A DNA stretch of 64,000 nucleotides from a virus. The translations under genes were made by a program, and so were the position numbers. Shown here in pieces: positions 55,449 through 64,000 of the stretch. The notes beneath the pieces were generated by a model. The model did not search any database. It was not told the DNA's origin and worked only from the letters and a program-made list of their open reading frames with translations. The stretch is taken from IMG/VR virus record IMGVR_UViG_3300030419_008098, positions 1 to 64,000 of that record; one strand, written 5' to 3'. How positions within the stretch are numbered: the first letter of the stretch is position 1; every line of letters begins with the position of its first letter.

Positions 55449-56549
55449 ATGGCGTGCAACAAGATTATTATAAATAACATGGCGGAGATTGATGCCTATT
55501 TGCAATCTCAAGACACTGAAAACTGTAATATCGCTAACTATGTATGGTTGGAGTATGGTTTTTATCCTATATTCTTTAATGAATTGTTTTATGAATTTTT
55601 TAATAATTTGAAGGGGAAATATATTGGGTTATGTTTTGAGGGACAAGAAATCTTATACGAAGACAAAGTAGATGACTTGTTGATTTTGAAAGATTTTATA
55701 GATACTCGCAAAACCTACCTAGATAATAAAGAAACTCCGCTACTAATTCAAAACTTTAATTCTATAAGCGATAGGGGTATTGCTTTTTGGTATACGTTGC
55801 GTAATTTCGATGAAAATGAATATGCTAATGTTGTATACAAATATAAATATAAAAACATCCTACACCCTTTAGGTAAAGATGATCCCTGGAGGCTCGGGTT
55901 GTTTTCGTGTTTAAAATTTTGCTATGCCACCGGAGAGAAAGAGTTTTGGACAACTGAAGATACATTGTGGAAAACTTCGGGAACCCTGGGGTGGCGACTC
56001 GATAGATGGAGGCAAGATTATAAATTCCCAAATATTCTACCCTTTGACACCAACGAGTACTATGCCATTTTCGTAAAAAATACCTGGAAAACGCGCAACT
56101 TTAGATCGAACAATATTCAAGACATCCTCGTGGGAGACAGTGGGGCTGAGGGGCAAAGAGGGTTTGGTTTTGTGGATACGGGGTTTTATAAAAACCTAAT
56201 AGAATATATTTTAAAAAACAATAAAAAATTAGTTATTATTAGCGACCTAGTAAAATACCCCATACCCGTTCACCCTAATATAGAAGTTTTTGAGATGAAG
56301 GGCTTTTTTGATATAAAAAAATATTGCGCCGTGGTCCATAATAGTAAAGCGTTTCTAACCTCTTCTACCTCGCCATTAGATTTAGCGTCTTATTATTGTG
56401 ATACTAATATAGTCTGCCTCGACGACCAGCAAAATAAATTTTCCTGGGTAGAGCAAATATTAAAAATCAAAAATAAAAAGGGGCTGGCCTTTGATATGCA
56501 GCATGATAGCTTCGGGAAACTCAAATCTTTCCTCGAAGAGTTAGGATAA
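55449..56549 (+). CDS. Hypothetical protein, possibly glycosyltransferase-like
   Basis: 366 aa ORF within sugar cluster. Confidence 0.6.
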   Translation: MACNKIIINNMAEIDAYLQSQDTENCNIANYVWLEYGFYPIFFNELFYEFFNNLKGKYIGLCFEGQEILYEDKVDDLLILKDFIDTRKTYLDNKETPLLIQNFNSISDRGIAFWYTLRNFDENEYANVVYKYKYKNILHPLGKDDPWRLGLFSCLKFCYATGEKEFWTTEDTLWKTSGTLGWRLDRWRQDYKFPNILPFDTNEYYAIFVKNTWKTRNFRSNNIQDILVGDSGAEGQRGFGFVDTGFYKNLIEYILKNNKKLVIISDLVKYPIPVHPNIEVFEMKGFFDIKKYCAVVHNSKAFLTSSTSPLDLASYYCDTNIVCLDDQQNKFSWVEQILKIKNKKGLAFDMQHDSFGKLKSFLEELG

Positions 56550-56550
56550 C

Positions 56551-57252
56551 TTAGAGCTCAGATATTACTCTCCCCTCTAAGGGCATCATAGGTATATCGG
56601 TAGGCTGACCCCAAAGCTGATGGTAGGGATAGGAAAATAAATCGGTAGAAGGTATCTTGTTTATATCGCAGCGCACAAAAGCCATGTTGACGTGATTTAG
56701 CCAGACTAAATCATAGCCTTTCAATGCTCCCAGCTCCAAGAAGGCTGGCGCAGAGGCGCCATAATAACGGATATTGTTGAGGTGGCGATAACCTGGCTCA
56801 TATCGCATAACACAACTTTCGGAATGATTGGAATTGTATTCCACTAAAACCACCTGTGGTTGATAGTTTAAATTTTTCCAAACCCACCAATCAATACTGT
56901 CGATGTCAATGGTGAAGAATTCAAAATCTTCTTTAATGTTATGAGCTTTTAGGTGAAAATTTACATTTGTAGAATCGTCCTCGCAGGTAACAAAAGAGTT
57001 AATGCAAATGGCATCGTGTCCAGCCAAATTTTGTTGGGACTCTTGAGATTTTTGAGAGTCTCCTTCTATGCAGAGGCCTCGCCAGCCTTTTTCTAGGAGC
57101 AATTTAGTATTACTAAGATAAACGCCATCCCACGCCCCCACATCAACAAAAACTCCTTTTTCTATCCCTTGACGCTCAAAAATCTCTTGTAATACTCCAT
57201 CTTCATTATTTTGGCTATATTTAGACCAGGGATATTTTGTTAAAGAACTCAT
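56551..57252 (-). CDS. FkbM-like methyltransferase
   Basis: YSQNNEDG, FVDVGAWDG..SNT, GWRGLCIE, IDIDSID. Confidence 0.8.
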   Translation of the reverse strand: MSSLTKYPWSKYSQNNEDGVLQEIFERQGIEKGVFVDVGAWDGVYLSNTKLLLEKGWRGLCIEGDSQKSQESQQNLAGHDAICINSFVTCEDDSTNVNFHLKAHNIKEDFEFFTIDIDSIDWWVWKNLNYQPQVVLVEYNSNHSESCVMRYEPGYRHLNNIRYYGASAPAFLELGALKGYDLVWLNHVNMAFVRCDINKIPSTDLFSYPYHQLWGQPTDIPMMPLEGRVISEL

Positions 57253-57938
57253 TGTAATATATTGGCATAGGGAATATTATTCTCTAAATGAAAGAGGTCA
57301 GAGGGTTTTACCTTAAATTGGTTCATTAGAGCGGTGGGAACAACGTATAGTTTTCCTACGCCTATACAATGAGGCCTAAGAGAAGGATGATAATTTTCGG
57401 CTGTATTTGAATAATAATAAACATAATCCCCCAGATTTTTCAGTGCATCCTTTACAAAACTTAGGTCACACGCTTGATCTTTGTATTTATCATATTGAAG
57501 GGGGCGGTGGGGGACATAAAAATCGTCAATTACAATAATCGCTTTATTTTTATAAACTTTTCCAATTTCCTGGAGTTCGGCATTAAGGGGCCAGTCATTT
57601 TCCCAATGGGCATCTAAAAAACATAAAATAAAATCGTGTTGTTCTTGGAGTAGGGGTAGTTGTTTGGATAAAAATTCTACCGAGTGGGATTTGGTAATTG
57701 AAATGTTAGCGGCACCAGCTTCTTTGAATTTCGCGGAGGAATAAGAAAACCATTCATCGGTGATTTCTACGGTGTGTACATTGGACGCGAAGGCAGAAAG
57801 CCATAAAGAAGTGTTTCCTGTATAAGTCCCGGTTTCAATACAACAAGATACTTTAAATTTCTCTAATAAAAGTTTTACTTGTTTTTCTACCTGAAGGTCA
57901 CAATTAAATGCTCCTCCCTGATCATTTGCGTGAAACAT
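57249..57938 (-). CDS. SAM-dependent methyltransferase
   Basis: IETGTYTG, FLDAH, IVIDD. Confidence 0.75.
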   Translation of the reverse strand: MFHANDQGGAFNCDLQVEKQVKLLLEKFKVSCCIETGTYTGNTSLWLSAFASNVHTVEITDEWFSYSSAKFKEAGAANISITKSHSVEFLSKQLPLLQEQHDFILCFLDAHWENDWPLNAELQEIGKVYKNKAIIVIDDFYVPHRPLQYDKYKDQACDLSFVKDALKNLGDYVYYYSNTAENYHPSLRPHCIGVGKLYVVPTALMNQFKVKPSDLFHLENNIPYANILQ

Positions 57939-57943
57939 GGAGT

Positions 57944-58717
57944 TTAGGAATTAGGGATTAAGCAAGTAGGTGGCGGAAGTAATTTATGTTTAGTATTAAG
58001 ATGGCGAGCCGTATAAAGATCTAGGACTTCTTTTTGGCGTAGAGAGAGATTGGAGTAGTCTCCCTTGTGGATATCATAATAATTCAATGCCCACTCTAGT
58101 TCATCGTAAGAAGCGCCTATTTGGTCTTCGTCGGTCCTATTATCATCCCATAGGCCATCAGTGGGGGGAGCAGCAAGAATATCTTCCAAAATATCCAATT
58201 CTTTTGCCAGCGAGTAAACTTGGTTTTTGGTTAAATCCGCAATAGGACTTAAGTCCACCCCCCCATCCCCATACTTGGTAAAAAAACCAATTCCATAATC
58301 TTCAACTTTATTTCCCGTACCTAAAACTAAATAGTTGTGGGTGTTGGCTATACTATAAATAGCGGTCATCCTTAAGCGCGAGGCGGTATTAGCTAAAGCT
58401 AATTTATTTACACAAGAAGGGAAGGCCTCCACTAACGAATTAAAAGAGTCTGTCAGATCAATCGTGTAAGGTTTAATGTTGTTGAATTTCTCTTCGAGCC
58501 AATCAATATGATCCAGGGATCGGCTGTGCTGCGAAGCCTCTTGATTGATGGGTAAACTTAAGGGGATAACAGGTAGGTTGGTAAGAGCGCCTAAGGTGGA
58601 AGTTAGGGCAGAATCCACGCCTCCAGAAACCCCCACTACAAAGCCCTTGGAGCCGCTTTTATTAGCGTAATTAATTAGCCAGTCCGTAATATGTTTGGTG
58701 ATTTCAGAATGATTCAT
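57944..58717 (-). CDS. nadE: NH3-dependent NAD+ synthetase
   Basis: GVSGGVDS, RLRM, GTGNKVE, GFFTKYGDGG, PPTDGLW, TDEDQIG. Confidence 0.93.
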   Translation of the reverse strand: MNHSEITKHITDWLINYANKSGSKGFVVGVSGGVDSALTSTLGALTNLPVIPLSLPINQEASQHSRSLDHIDWLEEKFNNIKPYTIDLTDSFNSLVEAFPSCVNKLALANTASRLRMTAIYSIANTHNYLVLGTGNKVEDYGIGFFTKYGDGGVDLSPIADLTKNQVYSLAKELDILEDILAAPPTDGLWDDNRTDEDQIGASYDELEWALNYYDIHKGDYSNLSLRQKEVLDLYTARHLNTKHKLLPPPTCLIPNS

Positions 58718-58721
58718 GAAT

Positions 58722-59855
58722 TTAATCCGTTTGTTTGTAAATAAAAAGATCTCCGAATTGTGCCTTAAGTACTTTAAGGACTGGAGCTCTTTCGTTAATA
58801 TGAACTATATAGCCGGCAAGCGCAAGAGCTTCCGCGAATTTAAGTTGTTGGGATTCCGTGAGAATCGTTGACTCCGGTTTATAAGTTATGGGGCCTAGCT
58901 CAATAGGTTTAGTTTTATCGGGAAACTTTTTGATATAATCATCGAATTGATAAGTGAGATGAAGATCGTTCATTTCATCGGCGGCCTTACAAAGAGGAGC
59001 CTCTCTTCCACGGGATAACGCATAACGCCTTAAAGCTTTATTGTCTCGGGGAAAACACGGTCCTCCGTAGCCATAACCAAACCCCAAATATTTTGAAGAA
59101 ATACGGGAATCTTTGCCTATTGCCCCCAAAACCTTATCGGGGCTTGCTCCGCTGGCTACACAAATATCCCCAATCATATTTGCATAAGAAATTTTTGTTG
59201 TAAGAAAGCAGTTGAGAGATAGTTTACAAATCTCCGCCTCAAGACAGCTGACGCGACAAAAAGTTGGGGTGTTGTTGGTCATTTTTTTGTAATGAGCCTC
59301 TATTTCATCCCCCCCCTCTACCGTTGATTCTCCAATTAACACCATGTCAGGAGAAAGTTGATCGCGTAAAATTGTGCCTTGGGCAATGAATTCAGGGTTA
59401 TAAAAAACATTGTAATTATAAGCACTTAAAAGAGACTGAATTTTGTCACAGTACCCCGGGAAGGTAGTTGAGCAAATGATTAAATTACGCGAGGAATCCT
59501 GTTTGCCTAAAGAGATTAATTCTGTAATTAAGTTATCAATGCGACTGTGGTCATATTCTCCATTCGGTAAAGAAGGGGTATCTATGACCACATACAAAAA
59601 CCTACTAAAAGAGACGGCCTCTTCTAGGTTTGTGGTGGCTATAAAATTATTGCTTTCCTTAAGGTATTTATTAACCCCAGGTTCATCCGAAGAAAAACTC
59701 TTTGAGTTTATAGCCTCCACGTAAGCGGTATTAATATCTACCCCTCTCACACAATACCCAGCCTTCTCTAGGGTGAGAGAAAAGCATAACCCTAATTTTC
59801 CTATTCCTATGACGCTGATGTTTTGTTTCATGATAGAGTTTTCCGGGACAAGCAT
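58722..59855 (-). CDS. UDP-glucose/GDP-mannose dehydrogenase family
   Basis: GIGKLG, YNPEFIAQG, KISYAN, GYGGPCFPRD; likely start MKQNI. Confidence 0.88.
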   Translation of the reverse strand: MLVPENSIMKQNISVIGIGKLGLCFSLTLEKAGYCVRGVDINTAYVEAINSKSFSSDEPGVNKYLKESNNFIATTNLEEAVSFSRFLYVVIDTPSLPNGEYDHSRIDNLITELISLGKQDSSRNLIICSTTFPGYCDKIQSLLSAYNYNVFYNPEFIAQGTILRDQLSPDMVLIGESTVEGGDEIEAHYKKMTNNTPTFCRVSCLEAEICKLSLNCFLTTKISYANMIGDICVASGASPDKVLGAIGKDSRISSKYLGFGYGYGGPCFPRDNKALRRYALSRGREAPLCKAADEMNDLHLTYQFDDYIKKFPDKTKPIELGPITYKPESTILTESQQLKFAEALALAGYIVHINERAPVLKVLKAQFGDLFIYKQTD

Positions 59856-60619
59856 ATTTGTTGATCGGCATTATAGGAAGTAATAAAGTCTGCATCAACG
59901 ATAGAGCAAAATCCTTTGGGCGCGGGCTTCCAGGTATCCGCTTTAAAAAATAGTTGGTCGTTATAAAGTTCATCGCTGTCGGGGCGAACATGGCGACTAA
60001 TGGGGTCAGAGTGAATTGCTTGAACCGTAGCGGTGGCATCAATTAGCGGGATTCGACCAACTTTCGAAAGACCAATAAACCATTGGTCCCAGCGGAATTT
60101 AGGGACAATAAAAGGTGGAATGGTAACCCCACGTAAGAAATCGGTTTTAAAGAGAAAATAATCTATGCCACAGGGATCATGAATGGCCCCGTTCTCGGAG
60201 ACGACCTTTTGTATGTCTTTTTGGGTCCAGGAGTCCGAAATTAAATGAGGAGAAAACCAGTCATAACGTTGACCCACCATAAAAAAATCCTTTACATTTT
60301 CTTGCAAAAAAGATGCAGACGCCAGAAAGTCAGGAAAAATCATTATGTCCGCATTAATATAACACATGTAGTCGGTAGAGACCACAGAAAGCATTGAGTC
60401 GAGAAGTGAATCTAAAAAAGGAAGGCCGCTTTCACTTAGAGACCCTTCGGGGTGGAGGGTTATATTGTAAGATGAAAGGAGCTCTTTAAACTCATCATTA
60501 TCGGGACCCCATAAATGGACATCTACCCCTAAGCGGGCCCATGTTTTAAAGGCGTTAATTACGAGATAGTCGTCTGGAGAAACTACCCCTGAGGTGCAGC
60601 AAAAAGTTAGATTATTCAT
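59828..60619 (-). CDS. Putative GT-A glycosyltransferase
   Basis: YINADI, GQRYD, GIDYFLF, WDQW. Confidence 0.65.
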   Translation of the reverse strand: MNNLTFCCTSGVVSPDDYLVINAFKTWARLGVDVHLWGPDNDEFKELLSSYNITLHPEGSLSESGLPFLDSLLDSMLSVVSTDYMCYINADIMIFPDFLASASFLQENVKDFFMVGQRYDWFSPHLISDSWTQKDIQKVVSENGAIHDPCGIDYFLFKTDFLRGVTIPPFIVPKFRWDQWFIGLSKVGRIPLIDATATVQAIHSDPISRHVRPDSDELYNDQLFFKADTWKPAPKGFCSIVDADFITSYNADQQICLSRKTLS

Positions 60620-61472
60620 CGCGAATACAAATATTGTTAAGCGAGTGGGACCTCATTAGCTCGCGCTGCTCGGTTGTATTGCTCCAATCGCTGAAATTGA
60701 TATAATTATAATGCTCTACCGGAATAACTTCACAATCGTATTTAAAATGAGATATAAAAGATTGAGGCGTATTTTCATATACAGGGAAATAGATTTTTTT
60801 TAACCCCGGAGCCATTTGAGAAAAAACCCTACTAAAGCTTCCGGCCCCACCACAAATAAAAATGCTAGCATTAAGTATAGTATTTATGTCTGTCCATAAG
60901 TCTTCGGTCTGAAGCGTGCAGTCCCACTTGGAAGATAAAAGATTTTCAATGACGGGGTTGGATTTATCTTCTGATACTAAAAGGATTTTTTTGGGATTTT
61001 CTTTTTCGAAAATCTTTAAAAAATAAGAAGCAGGAGATTGGAGAATGTGTCCGGGAGAAGAGGAAAAAATATCACCACCTCTAAGGTGAACCACGATATC
61101 ATGAGTGTTGCTGGTTTTTTTATAATGAAAAAACGAGAAACAATATTTTTTAAGGACCTCCAAACGCTGGGACTCCACTTCACTTTGTGAAATGTCGAAG
61201 TGCTCCCAAATATTCCAAAAATCAGAGGAATATAAACTTTGGTTAACCAAACTATTCTCCGAATCTCCTCGGAAATCAAAATGGGTTGGGGATAAAATGG
61301 GATGATCTAGAACTCGCAAGGGAGATTTTATTTTTTTTGCTAAAACTATAGCATTAGATAATTGTAAAACATTATTACCCAAACGCCCAAACCAGGAGTC
61401 TAGGAAAAGTGGTTGACCTGTATCAGGGAGAGGAGGTGATTTGATCATATATCCATTTATAGGTTTTTTCAA
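60612..61472 (-). CDS. Alpha-1,2-fucosyltransferase-like (GT11)
   Basis: GRLGN, VHLRGGD, SED, SFS. Confidence 0.7.
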   Translation of the reverse strand: MKKPINGYMIKSPPLPDTGQPLFLDSWFGRLGNNVLQLSNAIVLAKKIKSPLRVLDHPILSPTHFDFRGDSENSLVNQSLYSSDFWNIWEHFDISQSEVESQRLEVLKKYCFSFFHYKKTSNTHDIVVHLRGGDIFSSSPGHILQSPASYFLKIFEKENPKKILLVSEDKSNPVIENLLSSKWDCTLQTEDLWTDINTILNASIFICGGAGSFSRVFSQMAPGLKKIYFPVYENTPQSFISHFKYDCEVIPVEHYNYINFSDWSNTTEQRELMRSHSLNNICIRDE

Positions 61473-62397
61473 GACCTGTTTCCAAGAAAACAGAAGGAGC
61501 CCACCCTAGAACCTCCTTGATCATCGTGTTGTCGCTATTTCTGCCCCTTACTCCTTGAGGAGCATTAAGGTTATAATTTCGCTTTAATTTAACGCCGGCA
61601 AATTTTTCCGCTAAATCTACCAGTTCATTTATAGAAACCATTTCGTCGCTCCCTAAATTAATGGGACGACTATCGCCTTGCTCCCAAAGTAAATTCATTC
61701 CTAAAATGCAGTCATCTATATACATAAAAGAGCGCGTTTGTTCACCGTCTCCCCAAATTTCAATTTCATGATTACCACTTAACTTTGCTTCTATAACCTT
61801 TCTGCAAATTGCGGCGGGAGCCTTTTCTCTTCCTCCTCTCCACGTTCCCAGCGGTCCATATACATTGTGATAACGGCAGACGCGGGATTCGATTCCAAAA
61901 TCTTTTCCAAAATAATGAGTAATTATCTCGCTAAAGAGCTTCTCCCACCCATAACCGTCTTCAGGATTGGCTGGATAGGCGTCTGATTCTTTTAGGCCTT
62001 GTGATTGCGCATCTTTAACGGAAGATTGTATTTCCGCAGGATAAATACACGCGGAGGAACTATATAAAATTTCTGAAACACTATTATCTCGCGCCGCCAT
62101 AAGGGCGTGAACTTGAGTTAATACGCTTTCCATGCAGAGGGCATGGTTATTTTGAATAAAGCCCATTCCTCCCATATTGCACGCTAAATTGTAAATGCGA
62201 TCAATTCCTTCGGAAAGCCTATAGGCGTTTTCCTTTAGTCCCATATCCGCCTCTACATTTGTAGCTTCTGGTGAAAGTTGGTACCAGGCGTTTACTGGTT
62301 TGATATCGCTTGCTACCACCTCGTGACCTTTACTGAGAAGGTCCTTAACTAAATACCCCCCAATAAATCCACCTGCGCCAGCTACTAATGTTTTCAT
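61423..62397 (-). CDS. NDP-sugar epimerase (GDP-mannose 3,5-epimerase-like)
   Basis: GAGGFIG, MGGMGFI, SSSACIYP, YGWEK, GGREKAPAAICRK, GVRGRNSDN. Confidence 0.88.
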   Translation of the reverse strand: MKTLVAGAGGFIGGYLVKDLLSKGHEVVASDIKPVNAWYQLSPEATNVEADMGLKENAYRLSEGIDRIYNLACNMGGMGFIQNNHALCMESVLTQVHALMAARDNSVSEILYSSSACIYPAEIQSSVKDAQSQGLKESDAYPANPEDGYGWEKLFSEIITHYFGKDFGIESRVCRYHNVYGPLGTWRGGREKAPAAICRKVIEAKLSGNHEIEIWGDGEQTRSFMYIDDCILGMNLLWEQGDSRPINLGSDEMVSINELVDLAEKFAGVKLKRNYNLNAPQGVRGRNSDNTMIKEVLGWAPSVFLETGLEKTYKWIYDQITSSP

Positions 62398-62515
62398 ATC
62401 TTATATATTATTTAATGCTTTAGAAATTTCTAATTAAAATTACCGACACATCTTTGATTAGTGCATAGTAAGACTCTAGGGATAAAATTACCATTTTATT
62501 TGAGATGAAGAGGGG

Positions 62516-63151
62516 TTAAGTTATTCTTTGGAGAGCTGATTCATGTATTAAGGTATATTCCTTGTTATTGGAAGTGTATTGTGTCGTATAACCGTCGGCC
62601 CACAGGGACGCTAAAGCAGCTCGTGTGTCTTGAGGAGAAAAATCCGTGCAAAAATGATGGAACTCTATACAAACTTGAGGGATGCCGCTGTTTCCAATTT
62701 CTTCTATCATTTCGTACTCCGCTCCTTCTATATCTAATTTTAGAACCGCAATAGAAGAATTCTGGCTTATTATAGAAGTTAAGTTGAAAGCTGGTGCTAG
62801 GTGGTAATCATCACTACAATTCTTATTAGACTCAATAATAGACTCCGAAACATAATCAGGGTTCTTTTGCTTGAAAATTTTAACAGTAGACTCTCCCCCT
62901 CCCACAAGAGCCCCTTTAAGAAGGGTAAAATTGGGGGGATTCAAAGTTTCAATATACTGGTGGGATTTGGGGGTGGGGTCAATACCTAAAATTTTACATT
63001 TCTTTAAGGTAATTAAAGCCTCATCAAAGCTAATGTCTTCCCCTACACCCGCTGAAATAATAAGAGACTCCGACGGAACTAAATCCAAGCAGATGGCCCA
63101 GCCGCCATAGTCAGTGCCTAAGTAATTTAGTTGGATTTGTTTAGCGGTCAT
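62516..63151 (-). CDS. FkbM family methyltransferase
   Basis: GTDYGGW, SAGVGEDISFD, DPTP, LKLDIEGAE, IEFHH. Confidence 0.82.
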   Translation of the reverse strand: MTAKQIQLNYLGTDYGGWAICLDLVPSESLIISAGVGEDISFDEALITLKKCKILGIDPTPKSHQYIETLNPPNFTLLKGALVGGGESTVKIFKQKNPDYVSESIIESNKNCSDDYHLAPAFNLTSIISQNSSIAVLKLDIEGAEYEMIEEIGNSGIPQVCIEFHHFCTDFSPQDTRAALASLWADGYTTQYTSNNKEYTLIHESALQRIT

Positions 63152-64000
63152 TAGAAAAAAGATAAGTTAAGATATTATTCCATAAGGAAGGGGGAACATT
63201 ACTCATGTTTAAGGAATTCGCTTTAATTAAATTTGGGTGATCTAGGTGTTTAAGATAAATTGCACCTTCGCGGAAATAAAGTTTCTTTACCCCATTCTCC
63301 ATCTCGTACCCTTTATCTGGCGCAGCTCCTACCATAAGGTTTTTGCCGGTTTGAACCAGGCATTGGTCAAAAGTTTCCTCAGCTATAATATCCTGTAGTA
63401 GCGTGGAGTTAAAATTAGTAGGCGGGTATATCCTTAGGGACCCATTGGTAGTGCATCCTGGTTTTTTGTATTCCCCATAAGCGCGCATCTCTGTAAATGA
63501 ATAGTCCGGATGGGTGGTGCAGAACTCTTTTTTTTGAGTGTTTAAGTATTTTTCATTCTGAAAAAGATTATTAATGGTCTCTAGGTAGTTTTTTACAACG
63601 TTTAAGTTGTTTATAAACCCATTCATGCAAGCGCCATTACATTGCTCCGTGCAATCATAGGAGGTGAATTTAGATTGTTGCGAACTTAGGTCCGTGAGAA
63701 TTAAAGTGTCTGAGTCAAAGGTCCAGAAACTCGTGTGTTGAGTGGTTTGGATAAAATTATACATGTAGAACCACCGTTTGAAGACGAACTTTATCCATTC
63801 AGCTGATTGGCCGCAACGCGGCCCTTTTATGAGTTGAAATACCCTATCAAAAAGTTTTGTAGCTTCACTGTTGTCATACTCCTTGAATGGGAAGAAAGAA
63901 ACTTTCGCCTCCTCTGCATAAGGCTCGGTCCCCTCGTCTCCTAAGAGGTATATATCCAAGTCTGGATTAAAGCGCCGTGCTACTCCTAAGGTCGCCCTAA
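63141..64000 (-). CDS. Putative GT-A glycosyltransferase, 5' end beyond window
   Basis: Frame open to window end (RATLGVARRFNPDLDIYLLGD...), RWF, FDSD. Confidence 0.55.
   Translation of the reverse strand, partial: RATLGVARRFNPDLDIYLLGDEGTEPYAEEAKVSFFPFKEYDNSEATKLFDRVFQLIKGPRCGQSAEWIKFVFKRWFYMYNFIQTTQHTSFWTFDSDTLILTDLSSQQSKFTSYDCTEQCNGACMNGFINNLNVVKNYLETINNLFQNEKYLNTQKKEFCTTHPDYSFTEMRAYGEYKKPGCTTNGSLRIYPPTNFNSTLLQDIIAEETFDQCLVQTGKNLMVGAAPDKGYEMENGVKKLYFREGAIYLKHLDHPNLIKANSLNMSNVPPSLWNNILTYLFSNDR

Overview
This is a gene-dense, mostly minus-strand segment of a large dsDNA bacteriophage genome read in the standard code. The host is not determinable; the scarcity of Shine-Dalgarno motifs is compatible with Verrucomicrobia/Bacteroidota-like hosts (inference). 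It carries replication and recombination genes (split DnaE, DnaQ-like exonuclease, DnaB, primase, RecA-like, RuvB-like) and nucleotide metabolism genes (nrdAB, guaC, dCMP deaminase, thioredoxin). It also encodes ClpC, Hsp20, two sigma-like factors, a porin, a tmRNA with an unusually basic tag, and a ~14 kb sugar-modification cluster with nadE. The stand-out locus is 5697-8259, a 458-aa TnpB/Cas12f-like RuvC nuclease with no transposase or cas1/cas2 nearby. It is flanked by four copies of a ~95-100 nt covarying structured RNA, each with a boxA-like leader. Each copy heads a guide array built either from ultra-short 7-10 nt handles (GCGAAAC/T, ~31-33 nt period) or from full 36-nt CRISPR repeats with 30-nt spacers. 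The handle is complementary to a conserved loop of the scaffold, so the locus looks like a multiplexed omegaRNA-to-CRISPR intermediate. Several of its short guides resemble tRNA gene fragments.
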